A stretch of 64,000 bases of DNA from a virus (Duplodnaviria > Caudoviricetes): positions 1 to 64,000 of IMG/VR virus record IMGVR_UViG_3300014039_000027. The stretch is one strand, 5' to 3'. Of this stretch, positions 8,319 to 19,012 are shown in pieces. Made by a program: the position numbers and the translations under genes. A model generated the notes under the pieces. It had not been told where the DNA came from. It saw only the letters and a program-made list of their open reading frames with translations, and did not search any database. The first letter of the stretch is position 1. Each line of letters begins with the position of its first letter.

Positions 8319-10391
8319 TTATGATGCCTGCCACAGGGCGTCGCCCTGCCGTATCAGTATCTGTGCGCCCTCCGCGCTCCCAGTCTCCGCCCACGGCACC
8401 GCGCATATCAGCGCCTGCTGCCGCGTGTTGTCCTGTGTCTCGCAGGTGATCTCTGCGTTCACGAATACCTGCATCACCTCGCCCTTCCGGTTCTTCAGGA
8501 ATAGGGTGTTCTGCGTCAGCGCCAGGGCAAACAGCGCATCCCGCTTCGCCAGCGTGTCGCTGTACTCCGCGTTGGCGCCCACCTCGCCGATGTAGCCGCT
8601 TAACTCGCCGCTTTGGTACAGCTGCGGCGCCATCTGCACCGTGGGGTACCGCGTGAAGTTGTCCAGCAGCGTCGGGCGGTTGTTGTTGCTCACCGTCCCG
8701 CTTTCCACGTTCAGCGAGAAGCGGAATAGCTCCTCCACCCGGTACACGCCCTCGCTCGCTTCCGCGCAGGAGAGTATCGTCCAGTCCCACAGGCACACCG
8801 TCACCGGCTGGCTGGGCAGCGCCGTGGTCACGAAGGATGTCTCCCCCACGCCGAATACGTAGTAGGTGTACGTCCCCTGAGATGCCGCCGCGCAGTCGAT
8901 CACGCTGCGCTCTGCGTACCCCACGTCCGCCACGTGTACCAGCGCCGCCGCGCCCTCCTCCCTGCGGTATATGGCCCAGCCCGTCAGCGGCTCCTCCGCC
9001 ACGATGTTCCCGCCCCGCAGGTCCGTGGCGAAGTCCGCCAGAAACAGCGTCCTGTCGCCGAACTCCGGCGCATACCCTGCCGCGCTCATCAGCGCCGTCA
9101 CCACCGTGTCCGTCAGCACCCCGCTTTCTATCCACAGGTAGTCGCACACCTGCGCCCCGGCCAGCTCCACCGCCGTCACCGCCATGTCCGTCAGGGGTGC
9201 CTCCGCCGTGTACCTCACCAGTGAGAACTGGCTTGCCCGCGGGAATAGCGCCACCGACGGCAGCAGTGTTAGCGCCGGGAATAGTCCCCTCTCGTACCGC
9301 CGCCGCACGTACAGCTTTCCGCCCGTCAGCGCCACCGTCACCTCGTCCTCCGGGGCAAACGCGCCGCTTACCTTGCCTGCCGCCGTGCCGCCCTGCGTCA
9401 CCGTGATGCCGTCCGCCGCCGCCGTCACGGCGATGCTCTCTCCGTTCTCGCCCCGCAGGGTGAATAGCGTCCCCGGCAGAGTCTTTATGGTCCCCTGCCA
9501 CACCGCGCTCACAGGCGGCGTCAGCGCCATCGCCTCGCCTGTCACCGTTTCCCACGTCACCGTGGACCCGGCAGGAAGGTTCAGCTCCCCGTTCCGTATG
9601 GTGTATTCACCCGCCGCCGTGCCCGGTATGTCGTATGCGCCCGGCCACGACACCAGCACCCCGCTTTGCTTCCGCTTTACGCACGTCACCACCGCGCCGG
9701 TGTAGCTGCTGGCGCTGTATTGCACCGCGAACTGCACCCAGCCCGTGTCCGCCACCACGCCGTTGCTTGTCTCCACCCGGCACCGCACGGCGTATTCCTG
9801 CCCGGTGAATAGTCCGTCATAGTGGAACTGCAGCAGCGCCGTGGCCACGTTGCCCGTGTCGTACAGCACGTCCTCCGTGTTCGCCGCCGGTGCCAACTGC
9901 CACCGCGCCCAGATGATAGGGTCGCCCTGCGCCTGCGAATAGCTGGCCGTCCACGTCATCTCCTTCGCCGCCACCGGCTTTGTGAAGTCGTTGATGGTCA
10001 GCACCGGCGCGTTCCTGCACACGAATACCGATGCGCTCTGCTGCGTCACGCTGTCCTCGTCCGTCCACCACTGGGTAATGAGCAGCTTGTAGCTGTTCCC
10101 GTTGGTGATGCCCGCCGCCGCCAGCGCCGCCGCCGTGATCGTGTAGCTGAAAAACACCACGTCGCCCCTGGCGTTCCGCCCGTAGAAGGGGCACCCGTCC
10201 GTCCGCTTCCCGCTGTCGTACAGCTGTGCGCTCTCCGTCGTGTTGTCCAGGATTTTTATCTCAAACGCCGTCATGGCGTTCTGTCCGTCCACCTGCCAGG
10301 TCACGGTCATGTCGTTTCCCGCGTCCACCGTCCCGTTGCCCAGCGCTCCCAGCGTGGAGGGCGTGATATTCGTCGGCATAAAAAGCGCCAT
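8319..10391 (-). CDS. Baseplate/tail protein with beta-sandwich repeats, 690 aa
   Basis: Beta-rich sequence; position after tape measure and hub genes. Confidence 0.6.
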   Translation of the reverse strand: MALFMPTNITPSTLGALGNGTVDAGNDMTVTWQVDGQNAMTAFEIKILDNTTESAQLYDSGKRTDGCPFYGRNARGDVVFFSYTITAAALAAAGITNGNSYKLLITQWWTDEDSVTQQSASVFVCRNAPVLTINDFTKPVAAKEMTWTASYSQAQGDPIIWARWQLAPAANTEDVLYDTGNVATALLQFHYDGLFTGQEYAVRCRVETSNGVVADTGWVQFAVQYSASSYTGAVVTCVKRKQSGVLVSWPGAYDIPGTAAGEYTIRNGELNLPAGSTVTWETVTGEAMALTPPVSAVWQGTIKTLPGTLFTLRGENGESIAVTAAADGITVTQGGTAAGKVSGAFAPEDEVTVALTGGKLYVRRRYERGLFPALTLLPSVALFPRASQFSLVRYTAEAPLTDMAVTAVELAGAQVCDYLWIESGVLTDTVVTALMSAAGYAPEFGDRTLFLADFATDLRGGNIVAEEPLTGWAIYRREEGAAALVHVADVGYAERSVIDCAAASQGTYTYYVFGVGETSFVTTALPSQPVTVCLWDWTILSCAEASEGVYRVEELFRFSLNVESGTVSNNNRPTLLDNFTRYPTVQMAPQLYQSGELSGYIGEVGANAEYSDTLAKRDALFALALTQNTLFLKNRKGEVMQVFVNAEITCETQDNTRQQALICAVPWAETGSAEGAQILIRQGDALWQAS

Positions 10392-10412
10392 ATCGTCCTT
10401 CCCTCCTTCCGT

Positions 10413-11687
10413 TTATGTCTCTGTCTCCGTTTTCAGCGGCCACACCGTCACCGTCGCCACCGGGAAGTCCGCCACGCTGGTGGCGGATATGGTCATCTGC
10501 CCGTCCCCCGTCAGCGGGCGGGAAAAGCCTGTGATGAGGTGTCGCTCCGTGGGGCTTCCGGCCTTGTCGGTCCTCGCCAGCGTCACAAGTTCGTTCTCCT
10601 TGATATGGAAGATCTGCCCGCAGCTGATGTCCACGCTCTTCTGCAGCACTGTGGACCGCTTCAGTTCCCATTCCGCCCTGTCCCGGCACATGGTCTCCGT
10701 GGCGTAGCCATCTTCCTCCGTCCACACCGTCTTGCGGCCGATCAGCTGCACGTTGGTGTCGCTCATGGGGTCGTTGTTGGTGGCACGCGCTCCCGGCTGG
10801 CTGTTGTCCTCCAGCGCCGCCCCCAGCACGATGTAGTCGTTGTATACCTCGGTGTTCTCCACCGTGTACGTCATGCCCAGCAGCGTCGCCTCCCCCATCG
10901 AGAAGGCGTAGCTGATGGGCTTTTCGCTGTCTAAAAGGTCGTCCTGGCTGGGGTCTATCCGCAGCCGTCCCGTGGCGTCGTAGCCTATCCAGGCGTTCAG
11001 CATCTCCGCGAAGCTTAGTATCACCTCGGCGTAGGTGCCGCTTCCCGGCTCCACCTCCAGCGTGTACGGCGCATCCACAAGGTTCACCTCCGTGCCGTCC
11101 GTCAGCTTCTGCTTTTTCCCGTTGTAATACTCCGTGTACACCGGGGCTATGGGGTCCACCTTCCGCCCGTTGCCCTTGTCGTCCTGCAGCAGGTCGTTGA
11201 TCTGCTGAAAGATGTTCACATTCAGCTGCCCCTTGTAGGTGCCGTCCAGCTTGCCCCACAGCGTCCCGTCCAGGTTGGCCCACTTGTCCACCAGCTCGTA
11301 CTGCATCAGCCGCCGTCCCGGCTCCACCGTTTCCTGCGGACTCTGTATCAGGAAAACGCCCTGCTGTATGTAGTAGTCCTCGCCGTTTGGCAGCACCAGC
11401 CCCTCATCCAGCGCGATCTCCTGCCCGAACCACAGGTGGTTCACGTTGTAGTCAAAGGCACCGTCCACGTTCCCCAGCGTCACGCTGGCCGTGCGCCGCA
11501 CCCCGTTCTGTAGGTTCACCGTCAGCGCCCCGTCCGCGATAAACGCGCCGCTGTAAGCGTTTTTCGGGTTGTTGTCCACGAAGAACGCCGTGCTCCCGTC
11601 CGGGTTCAGAAACCGCAGCCGGCACAGCTTTTGGAACCGCCCCTTCAGCGCTCTCAGGTACGCCAGATATTTTTCCTGCTCCGTCAT
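10413..11687 (-). CDS. Baseplate hub-like tail protein, 424 aa
   Basis: VNLQNGVRRTASVT and VYNDYIVLG motifs; position. Confidence 0.55.
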   Translation of the reverse strand: MTEQEKYLAYLRALKGRFQKLCRLRFLNPDGSTAFFVDNNPKNAYSGAFIADGALTVNLQNGVRRTASVTLGNVDGAFDYNVNHLWFGQEIALDEGLVLPNGEDYYIQQGVFLIQSPQETVEPGRRLMQYELVDKWANLDGTLWGKLDGTYKGQLNVNIFQQINDLLQDDKGNGRKVDPIAPVYTEYYNGKKQKLTDGTEVNLVDAPYTLEVEPGSGTYAEVILSFAEMLNAWIGYDATGRLRIDPSQDDLLDSEKPISYAFSMGEATLLGMTYTVENTEVYNDYIVLGAALEDNSQPGARATNNDPMSDTNVQLIGRKTVWTEEDGYATETMCRDRAEWELKRSTVLQKSVDISCGQIFHIKENELVTLARTDKAGSPTERHLITGFSRPLTGDGQMTISATSVADFPVATVTVWPLKTETET

Positions 11688-11703
11688 GGCACGTACCCTC
11701 CGT

Positions 11704-11907
11704 TCAGCTGCGTTTGCGTTTCTTCCTGTCCTCCGCCGCCGTCAGCGCGTCGCACTCCTCGTCCGTGGCCGCCCTGATCCTCCGTATGTCCGGGTTCCCC
11801 TTGCGGTACTGGCTCTCACGGGTGATGTAGTACCGCCCCGTGATGCCCGTAATGGGTATCTCCCTGCCGCTTTTCATCACAAGGATGTGCCGCGTCTTTT
11901 TCGCCAT
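11704..11907 (-). CDS. Hypothetical basic protein, 67 aa
   Basis: RBS and operon packing. Confidence 0.5.
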   Translation of the reverse strand: MAKKTRHILVMKSGREIPITGITGRYYITRESQYRKGNPDIRRIRAATDEECDALTAAEDRKKRKRS

Positions 11908-11923
11908 AATCAGCCGTCCTTTC

Positions 11924-12229
11924 TCACATATTCCGTCCGTCTGCGTACATGAAAACCATGTGGTTCCCCGCGTTCTTCCCCTCGCCGAATACCAGCACCA
12001 CCACCTGCGCCCCCACCGGCGCCGCCGCCATCGTGCTCACGTAGGGCAGAAAGCTCTCCGTTGCGTCAAAGGGGCGCTTCACGCCGATCCTCCCGCCCGC
12101 CGCCGCGGTGGTCACCTGCGCCCGGTACTGCCGCACCATGTCCGTCTGTGTCTCCCGCACCCGCCGCACATAGAAGTTGTCCCACAGCCTCTTGGCCAGC
12201 GTCGCCAGCGTCTTTGCGTTCTCGTCCAT
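11924..12229 (-). CDS. Small tail protein, 101 aa
   Basis: Immediately after tape measure gene; OB-like beta content. Confidence 0.5.
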   Translation of the reverse strand: MDENAKTLATLAKRLWDNFYVRRVRETQTDMVRQYRAQVTTAAAGGRIGVKRPFDATESFLPYVSTMAAAPVGAQVVVLVFGEGKNAGNHMVFMYADGRNM

Positions 12230-12233
12230 GTCC

Positions 12234-15200
12234 TTATCCTCCGTAGGGCTTCACGTTGTGCGCCATCCGGCACAGCTGCGCCACCGTCAGGTGCTCCGCC
12301 TGCTGCTCCGTCAGCGTAATGCCCTTCACGTTGTAGGTGGGGCCGCTGTGGTCGCTGTAGCTGCGGTTGTCGCTGTTTCCCGCCACATCGCGGCGCACCG
12401 GTGTCTCGCCGTACAGTCCGCCCAGCTCGTTCACCCTGGCGCGGAACGCCGCCGTGGCCGTGGGCTTCAGCATCTTCGCCGTCACGTCGGGCGGCAGCAC
12501 CATCTCGTCGTCCACCGTGGCCTTTATGCCGCCCAGCCCGTGCAGCACACCGCCGCTGTCGTACTTCCGTCCGGCTCTGGAGGTGGTCCACGTGGACTTC
12601 GACGTGGATTTCCCCGGTCGATCTACGGTAGCCTTGCTTTTGTTGGTCTTTTTGCCGGTCGCTTTGCTCGCAGCCGATTCAGCAATGGCTCCAGCAATCA
12701 TTCCGGTAATGGCTCCAGCCTTTCCAGCGATGGTTCCTGCCGGCAGGCTCCCAACCGCCGCCTCATTGGCCGCGGCAATACCTTCAATATTGGCCCGCCG
12801 GGCTGCCTCCAGCGCCGCCGCCCGCGCTGCTGCGATTTTTGCCGCCGCCGCCTCATTGGCTGCTACTTCATCCTCCAGCAGTATTTTTTCCTGCTCGATC
12901 GTGTCGCTCAGCGCGTTGATGTACTCCTCCAGCGCGTCGATCTTCAGCTGGTACGCCGCCTCGATGGCCTTCTTCCTCGCCTCCAGCTCCTCAATGGCGA
13001 GGTCCAGCTCCATCTCCCGTTCATAGTCCCGCAGGTCCTTCTTCGCGTCCGCCAGGTCCTCCTCGGCCTGCTTCACCTTCTCCGGATCCGCGATCCACTC
13101 CCACTGTCCGGACTCGGCGTTGTACATCCGCACCGTGCGCTCGTTCCGGGCGTTCAGCAGCGCGTCCTGCTTCCGCATGACCTCCAGCCGCAGCTCCTCC
13201 AGCTTCTCGGCCTGCTCCAGCTCCTCGTTCTGCTTTTTCAGCGCCTCGATCTGCGCGTCTATGGCCGCCAGCTCCGCGTCCCGCTGCTTTTCCAGTGCCT
13301 CGATCTGCTCCTGCGCCGCGTCTTTCGCCGCACTGCTGCCGGAAGAACTCCCGCTGCTGTAGCTGCCGGAGCTGGACGTTACCTTACTGGTTGTATTCCC
13401 AATAGACCAAGACAAGTACCGCTGCATCTCAGACAGGTACTTCGACTCCGCCTGTTTGCGGCTCATGCCCTGCTGCATATACGCTTGGATTGTGCGCTCA
13501 CGATTTCGCACCTGGTCGGCAGAACTCATGTTGGTGCCAAACACGGCATTCATCTGTGCGGCAGACAATTCAGCTCTATTACCAAGAGCCTCAAGCGCGG
13601 CAATCTGCTGAGTAAAGTCGAGTTTTGTATTACTCGCCGTGATCTGCGCGGCCACCAGGTCATACAGCGCCTTGCCCGTGTACCCCGCCTGCGCCGCCTC
13701 GTCGATCAGGCCGTTTACGTAGTCCTGCGTGGCCTTTTGCGTCACGCCCAGGATCTCCTGTACCTTGTCGTAGGCCGCCACCAGCTGCCGCTGCTCGTCC
13801 GATACCGCAAAGCCATAGTTGATGGCCTTGCGTATCGTTTCCACTTCCTCCTCGCGGGCCTCCTGCAGCTTCGTCAGGGAATAGTAATACTCCTCCTGCG
13901 TCTTGATGCCCGCCTCCAGCTGGTCCTGCGCCAGCTTCAGCGACGCCTTGTACCGCGCCAGCGATTCCACGTCCGCCTGCACCATCTGTATGGGCGTCAC
14001 GCTCATGCCGTTGCCCACGCTGTCGCCGCCGCCTACGTACACCTCCGCACCGGTGCCGTGCAGGTCGTTCCATGCGTCCCACGCATCCGATTCCGCGTCC
14101 CGTACCGCTTTTTCCTGCTCCTCCCGCACGGCTTGCAGCACTTCCAGCCGCTTTTCCTCTGCCGCGGTAAGCTCCTCCGTCTTGTTGATAAGGGAGTCGT
14201 ATTCGCTCTCCGTATCGCTCAGGGCGCTTTGCGCTGTTTCCACGTCCTCCAGCGCCTTTTCATAGGCTCTTGCCTTCTCCGTACTCAGGCTGATCGCCAC
14301 GGCCAGCGCCGCGAATATGGCCGCGCCGATTCCGAACCCTTTGAGCTTTCCCAGTGAAGCGGTAAGAGTTTGCTTCAGTTCCGCCGCTTGCAAGGCCATT
14401 TCGCCATCGCCCGCAGCGGCGGCCTTTTTCGCTATTGCGTATGCGATAACTTCCTGTGTGAGCGTTTTTATCGCGCTGCTTGCGGCCTTGATGTCTTTGA
14501 TCGCTTCCGATGCCGCCAGCGCTTTCTTTGCCTGCCCAAGCAGGAGTATCGCGGCGGTTAGCGCACCGACCGTTACGACCAGGCGTCCCCCTTCGCTATC
14601 CAGCAGTTCCACCAGCCCGATCACGCCGTCCAGCGCACCCTTGATGGTGTCGGTCTCCACCAGGTTGCTGATGAACTCCGTCCACTTGTTGTGCAGTATC
14701 TCGGTCTTGCGGGTCCAGCTGTCCAGCGCGTTTTCCACTTCCTTGTCCGCGCTGCCCACCGCGCCGGCGTAGTCGCTCAGCATGGACTCGTACATATCCC
14801 AGTTCTGTATCAGCGCCAGCAGCTGGCTCGTCCGCAGCTTTCCGCCGATGTCGCTGACCATCTCCATGAGCTTCTGCTCCGTCAGCAGCCCGTCCTTCAT
14901 GCTCTGGGCCAGCCCGGCGATGGCCTTCATGGGGTTTATCACGCTGCCTGTGGCCTGCGCCGCGTCATAGGCGTCCTTGGCGTAGATCTTGATAACGTCC
15001 CGCAGCCCCGCGATCTCCCCGGTGGTCCACGTCACGCCCTCGTCTATCTCGGTTTTTGTGTCCCCGATGATGTTCAGAAACAGCGCCCGCAGCGCGGTGG
15101 AGGCTTCTGTCCCCGACCGCTGCGTCACTGCCGTGATGGTGCCGATGGCCGCCGTCAGCTCGTCCACGCCCACATGGGCTTGGGATGCGATGGGGGCCAC

Positions 15201-16283
15201 CTTGCCCAGTCCCTCGGCGATCTTCTCAATGCTCGTGGCGTACCGGTTGTCTATCTCGTTGGCCCCGTCCAGCACCTTTGTCAGCTGCTCGATGCTGCCC
15301 TGGTACTTGTATGCCGCGTCTACGGACAGTAGGAATTGCTGCGCGGTCTCCGCATCCGTGTCGCCCACGATCTGCGTCTTGGTGGCCAGCTCCGCCAGTG
15401 CGGATGCCTGCTCGCCGTAGCCTGCGCGGCTGAAGTTCGCCACACTGTTCAGGTACTCGTCCGCCGCCACGCCGTAGGCGCTGGCGGTCTCGTATGCCTG
15501 CTTCTCGATCTTGTTCAGTTCCTCCGTGGTCGCGCCGGTGACCTTGCGTATGGTCACCATCTCGTCGTCCACGTCCTTCATGGTCTCCAGCGCTTCCGTG
15601 AAGCTGCGCTTCACCCCGGCGATGGCGTTGCCCAGCATCTGCCACGTCGCCATTTGCAGGACGATCCGACTGAAGCTCTTGCCCATCAGGTCGGCAAAGC
15701 CGCTGCTCTCCTTGGCCGCCGTCCCCACGCTCTTGACCGACTTCGCCGCCTTGGCCGTGCTCTGCTGCACCTTCCCGCTGGCGTCCAGCCACGCCTTTTC
15801 AAATACCGCTGCGCTCTCCTTGGCGCTCTTGCCGCTTAGTCCGCTTACGCCGGTCAGGTTCTCAATGCGGCTCTGCATCGCCGTGGGCGCGTAGGTGCTG
15901 CTCTGCTGCGCCGCATAGGCGCGGTAAGCATCGTTGGCCGCCCGCACCTGCGCCGCCGCCTTCTCCGCCGCCTTGGCCTGCGCGTTGAAGTTCTGCGTCA
16001 CCTTCTTGCTGGTGACCTCCATCTCGCCGCTTTGCATATTCAGCGACTTGGACACCTGCACCACTTCGCCGATCTTGCTGCTGTAGTCCGCCACGGACCG
16101 CCGCAGCTCGCCCTCCGGGCTGAAGGTCTCCGTCAGCTTCTGCAAGCTCTGCCGCGTGGCGTTTATCTGTACATTGGCGTTCTGCGTATCCACGCCCAAA
16201 GTCACCGGGCTGCTCTGCAGCTTCGCTATCTCGCCCTTGAGCTGCGAAAAATCAGGTACAGCCGTTACTTTGAAAATCGCCAT
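12234..16283 (-). CDS. Tail tape measure protein, 1349 aa
   Basis: Longest ORF; Ala-rich helical; TP901-type core (MVTIRKVTG...VANFSRAGY). Confidence 0.9.
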   Translation of the reverse strand: MAIFKVTAVPDFSQLKGEIAKLQSSPVTLGVDTQNANVQINATRQSLQKLTETFSPEGELRRSVADYSSKIGEVVQVSKSLNMQSGEMEVTSKKVTQNFNAQAKAAEKAAAQVRAANDAYRAYAAQQSSTYAPTAMQSRIENLTGVSGLSGKSAKESAAVFEKAWLDASGKVQQSTAKAAKSVKSVGTAAKESSGFADLMGKSFSRIVLQMATWQMLGNAIAGVKRSFTEALETMKDVDDEMVTIRKVTGATTEELNKIEKQAYETASAYGVAADEYLNSVANFSRAGYGEQASALAELATKTQIVGDTDAETAQQFLLSVDAAYKYQGSIEQLTKVLDGANEIDNRYATSIEKIAEGLGKVAPIASQAHVGVDELTAAIGTITAVTQRSGTEASTALRALFLNIIGDTKTEIDEGVTWTTGEIAGLRDVIKIYAKDAYDAAQATGSVINPMKAIAGLAQSMKDGLLTEQKLMEMVSDIGGKLRTSQLLALIQNWDMYESMLSDYAGAVGSADKEVENALDSWTRKTEILHNKWTEFISNLVETDTIKGALDGVIGLVELLDSEGGRLVVTVGALTAAILLLGQAKKALAASEAIKDIKAASSAIKTLTQEVIAYAIAKKAAAAGDGEMALQAAELKQTLTASLGKLKGFGIGAAIFAALAVAISLSTEKARAYEKALEDVETAQSALSDTESEYDSLINKTEELTAAEEKRLEVLQAVREEQEKAVRDAESDAWDAWNDLHGTGAEVYVGGGDSVGNGMSVTPIQMVQADVESLARYKASLKLAQDQLEAGIKTQEEYYYSLTKLQEAREEEVETIRKAINYGFAVSDEQRQLVAAYDKVQEILGVTQKATQDYVNGLIDEAAQAGYTGKALYDLVAAQITASNTKLDFTQQIAALEALGNRAELSAAQMNAVFGTNMSSADQVRNRERTIQAYMQQGMSRKQAESKYLSEMQRYLSWSIGNTTSKVTSSSGSYSSGSSSGSSAAKDAAQEQIEALEKQRDAELAAIDAQIEALKKQNEELEQAEKLEELRLEVMRKQDALLNARNERTVRMYNAESGQWEWIADPEKVKQAEEDLADAKKDLRDYEREMELDLAIEELEARKKAIEAAYQLKIDALEEYINALSDTIEQEKILLEDEVAANEAAAAKIAAARAAALEAARRANIEGIAAANEAAVGSLPAGTIAGKAGAITGMIAGAIAESAASKATGKKTNKSKATVDRPGKSTSKSTWTTSRAGRKYDSGGVLHGLGGIKATVDDEMVLPPDVTAKMLKPTATAAFRARVNELGGLYGETPVRRDVAGNSDNRSYSDHSGPTYNVKGITLTEQQAEHLTVAQLCRMAHNVKPYGG

Positions 16284-16286
16284 ACG

Positions 16287-16826
16287 CTACCTCCAATCGT
16301 CCTCTTCCCGTATCATCCCGGTATCTTCTGCCAGCCCCAGCGCGGCATCCGCGCCGTTCATGGCCCGCACCAGCGTTTCCTCGGCCCTGCCGTCCAGCAT
16401 CTCCTCCACGAAGTTGCGGAAAAACGGTCTGTTCTTTGGCCGTCTGCCCCAGTTGTAGGCCGGGTCGTTTTTCTCGATCCGGTTCACCAGGTCGTCCCCG
16501 TCCACATGGGGGTCTATGGGCTCTCCGTTGCCGTCCGTGGCGCCGCTGGGGTGGTACAGCAGCGTCAGATTCATGCCGCCGTCCCGTTCATCGGAGTACA
16601 CCGTGGCGCTGGCGTTCATGTCTGCCAAGCCCTTTGTGCCGCGCCGCCGCACATATTCCTCCGGCTCCAGCTTGTCGTATACGTCCTCTACCACGTGCTC
16701 CCGCAGGCACTGCCGCATCTCCTCCGCCAGTGCTGGGCGCGACGCGCGAAAGGCGTCCTTTACCTGCTTTTCCAGTGCGGCGATGTCCTGCTCGAACCCG
16801 CTGAACTGTCCCACCAGCTTCGCCAT
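16287..16826 (-). CDS. Tail component/completion-like protein, 179 aa
   Basis: Position before TMP; YVRR and RPFF motifs. Confidence 0.45.
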   Translation of the reverse strand: MAKLVGQFSGFEQDIAALEKQVKDAFRASRPALAEEMRQCLREHVVEDVYDKLEPEEYVRRRGTKGLADMNASATVYSDERDGGMNLTLLYHPSGATDGNGEPIDPHVDGDDLVNRIEKNDPAYNWGRRPKNRPFFRNFVEEMLDGRAEETLVRAMNGADAALGLAEDTGMIREEDDWR

Positions 16827-16902
16827 TTCCCGCGCCTCCCCTCTCTATCAACAAACAGCAAGAACCAATCCGCAAAATTTGCGTTCTCGTCCCCACTTTT
16901 TG

Positions 16903-16931
16903 TTGCTTTCCTTTTTGTTTTGTGGTATTAT
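16903..16931 (+). promoter_or_regulatory. Promoter of HNH gene 1
   Basis: TTGCTT-N17-TATTAT, then GGAGG RBS and ATG 16964. Confidence 0.6.
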
Positions 16932-16963
16932 TATTGCAGGTACAACTTGCGGAGGTTTTCTGT

Positions 16964-17857
16964 ATGGAATCTATCGAAAATAACTTGCTTGGTCAGAAAT
17001 TCGGACGTCTGTCCCCTATCGCTTTTGAAAAATGCCAAGGTGGTCGCCGTGGATGGCGCTGCGTATGCGACTGCGGGAAAGAGGTCGTTGTACGAGAATC
17101 TGCGCTTCTCGGCGGAGGACGCACATCTTGCGGTTGTAAGAAGCGGGAAAGCCACCCATATCGAGGTAAGCCTCGCCAAGATTTAACCGGCCAAAGGTTT
17201 GGGCGTTTGGTCGTTGAATCTTGCGACCACTACGACAGCGCCGCCCGCGATTCTTATTGGTCATGTTTGTGCGATTGTGGGAAACGCACCATTGTCGCCG
17301 GCCATAGTCTCAGGCGTGGATGTACAAAAAGCTGCGGGTGTTATCAACGCGATGTTGCGCGGGAATCGTTGAAGCAGTCCCCCCGCCCGGTTCCTGCGAT
17401 TCGCACCGTACATGGTCTCCGACACACCCGGCTTTATGGCGTATGGCTTTCTATGAAGAACCGCTGCTACAATGAAAACGCGAAGTCCTACCATAGATAT
17501 GGAGGACGTGGAATCGGCATCTGCGATGAATGGCGATCCGACTTCGAGGCTTTCTATAACTGGGCCATCCAGACCGGTTATAATGAAAACGCGCCAAAAG
17601 GAACTTGCACTTTGGACCGGCGCGATAATGATGCGGATTATTCTCCGGATAATTGCCGCTGGATAACGCAAAAGCAGCAGTGCAACAATACAGCGTTCAA
17701 TCTCTATCTCGAATACAACGGTGAGCGTCACACTTTATCGGAATGGAGCCAAATCACCGGCATAGGTTCAGGTACGATTGAATCGCGTTTAAGACGCTAT
17801 AAATGGTCTGTCGAAAAAGCACTAACAACTCCGGTCCGTCGGGGGAGGGGCGATTAG
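16964..17857 (+). mobile_element. Free-standing HNH homing endonuclease 1, inverted inside the tail operon
   Basis: Two CxCDCG...SCGC repeats; RLYGVWLSMKNRC, YGGRGI, TLDRRDNDADYSPDNCRW; lower GC. Confidence 0.85.
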
Positions 17858-17870
17858 CCCCTCCCCTTTT
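17842..17870. terminator. GC hairpin between HNH1 and major tail gene
   Basis: GGGGAGGGGC-GATTA-GCCCCTCCCC, TTTT on plus strand only. Confidence 0.65.
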
Positions 17871-17872
17871 CG

Positions 17873-18988
17873 TCAGGGCTCTTTAACGCTTACTGCACAT
17901 TGATCCCTAAACGTAATTCCTTCGTATACGAAGGTCACGTTAAGGTCTGCGTCACCAGCGGTGGCCCCTGCGGAGATCAGACCTGCGGCGCTCACGGTGG
18001 TGCCGCTGGGTGCGCCGGTCAGGCTGTAGGCGCACTTGGCGGGGTCCAGCACCGCCAGCTGGCCGTTCTCCAGCACCGCCTGGGGCTTCACCTGCACCGT
18101 GCCGCTGACCGGCACGTTGATAACGCCGCCGATGGCGGTCACAAGGCCCGTCACCACCTCAGCGCCGCTGTCAGGCACATACACGTACCAGCTCAGGGTG
18201 CCGCCGGCGCAGTCCTCGCACTTGTCGGAGATCACGCTCTCGTCGATGCTCAGTGCGCGGCCCACGATGGCCGTGGTGTCGTAGTTGCTCTGGCTTCCGG
18301 TCACGGTGGCGGTGTCCGCCTGCAGCTTCAGGGGCACGTTCAGGTACAGCCAGCCCTGGCGGGTGCCCTCGTTGGTCTTGGCGTTCACGTTGCCGTACAC
18401 GGGCATCTGGGCTGTGAAAAGGCCCACCTTGCCGTTCATGCCGGTGGTCAGCTTGCCGCACATGGCGCTGAGCTTGTTTACGAAGTACCACACCTTGTAC
18501 TCCGTGCCGCTTACCGCGGTAAATCCGCTGATGGTGCCGTCCTCCGCGATCTCATAGGCAATGCCGCCCTGCTGGATGCCGGAGGCTTTCTTGGTCTCCT
18601 GCACGTAGGCGTAGGGCTTTGCCATCGCGTACTGCGCCACGGGAGCGCCGTCGGTCACGTCCACCTTCAGCACGGCGCTGTCCGCCGTCACCACCTGGCA
18701 CACCGGGGCCACGGCGTTGTAGGTCACAGCGCCCCCCACACCCGCCATCTTCGTCCGCAGGTCGAAGTTGGCCTGGGTGAAGTTCACCTGGATGTCCGGG
18801 TCGCTCTCGATGATGGTGGCGATACCGTTGTTCAGTCCCGCACGCAGGGGGTCCGCGTTCACCGTCACGGTGATGTTGCCCTCCTGGAACTTATTGCTGC
18901 TCAGCAGGACCTGACCCGTTTCCATGTCGGCGAACTGCGCGGCGCAGATGCCGCGGGTATACAGTCTCGGATCGGTAAAAGTAATCAT
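17873..18988 (-). CDS. Major tail protein with C-terminal Ig-like domain
   Basis: ATG 18988 with AAGGAG RBS; 371 aa; position; Ig-like C-terminus. Confidence 0.7.
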   Translation of the reverse strand: MITFTDPRLYTRGICAAQFADMETGQVLLSSNKFQEGNITVTVNADPLRAGLNNGIATIIESDPDIQVNFTQANFDLRTKMAGVGGAVTYNAVAPVCQVVTADSAVLKVDVTDGAPVAQYAMAKPYAYVQETKKASGIQQGGIAYEIAEDGTISGFTAVSGTEYKVWYFVNKLSAMCGKLTTGMNGKVGLFTAQMPVYGNVNAKTNEGTRQGWLYLNVPLKLQADTATVTGSQSNYDTTAIVGRALSIDESVISDKCEDCAGGTLSWYVYVPDSGAEVVTGLVTAIGGVINVPVSGTVQVKPQAVLENGQLAVLDPAKCAYSLTGAPSGTTVSAAGLISAGATAGDADLNVTFVYEGITFRDQCAVSVKEP

Positions 18989-19012
18989 TCTGCTTTCACT
19001 CCTTTTTGATAT

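Noticed and set aside
12177-14357. Long plus-strand ORFs opposite real genes (also 32698-34578, 49420-51048, 23101-24372 and many others)
   Set aside because: Shadow ORFs of GC-rich coding sequence: no RBS, no motifs, fully antisense to coherent phage genes
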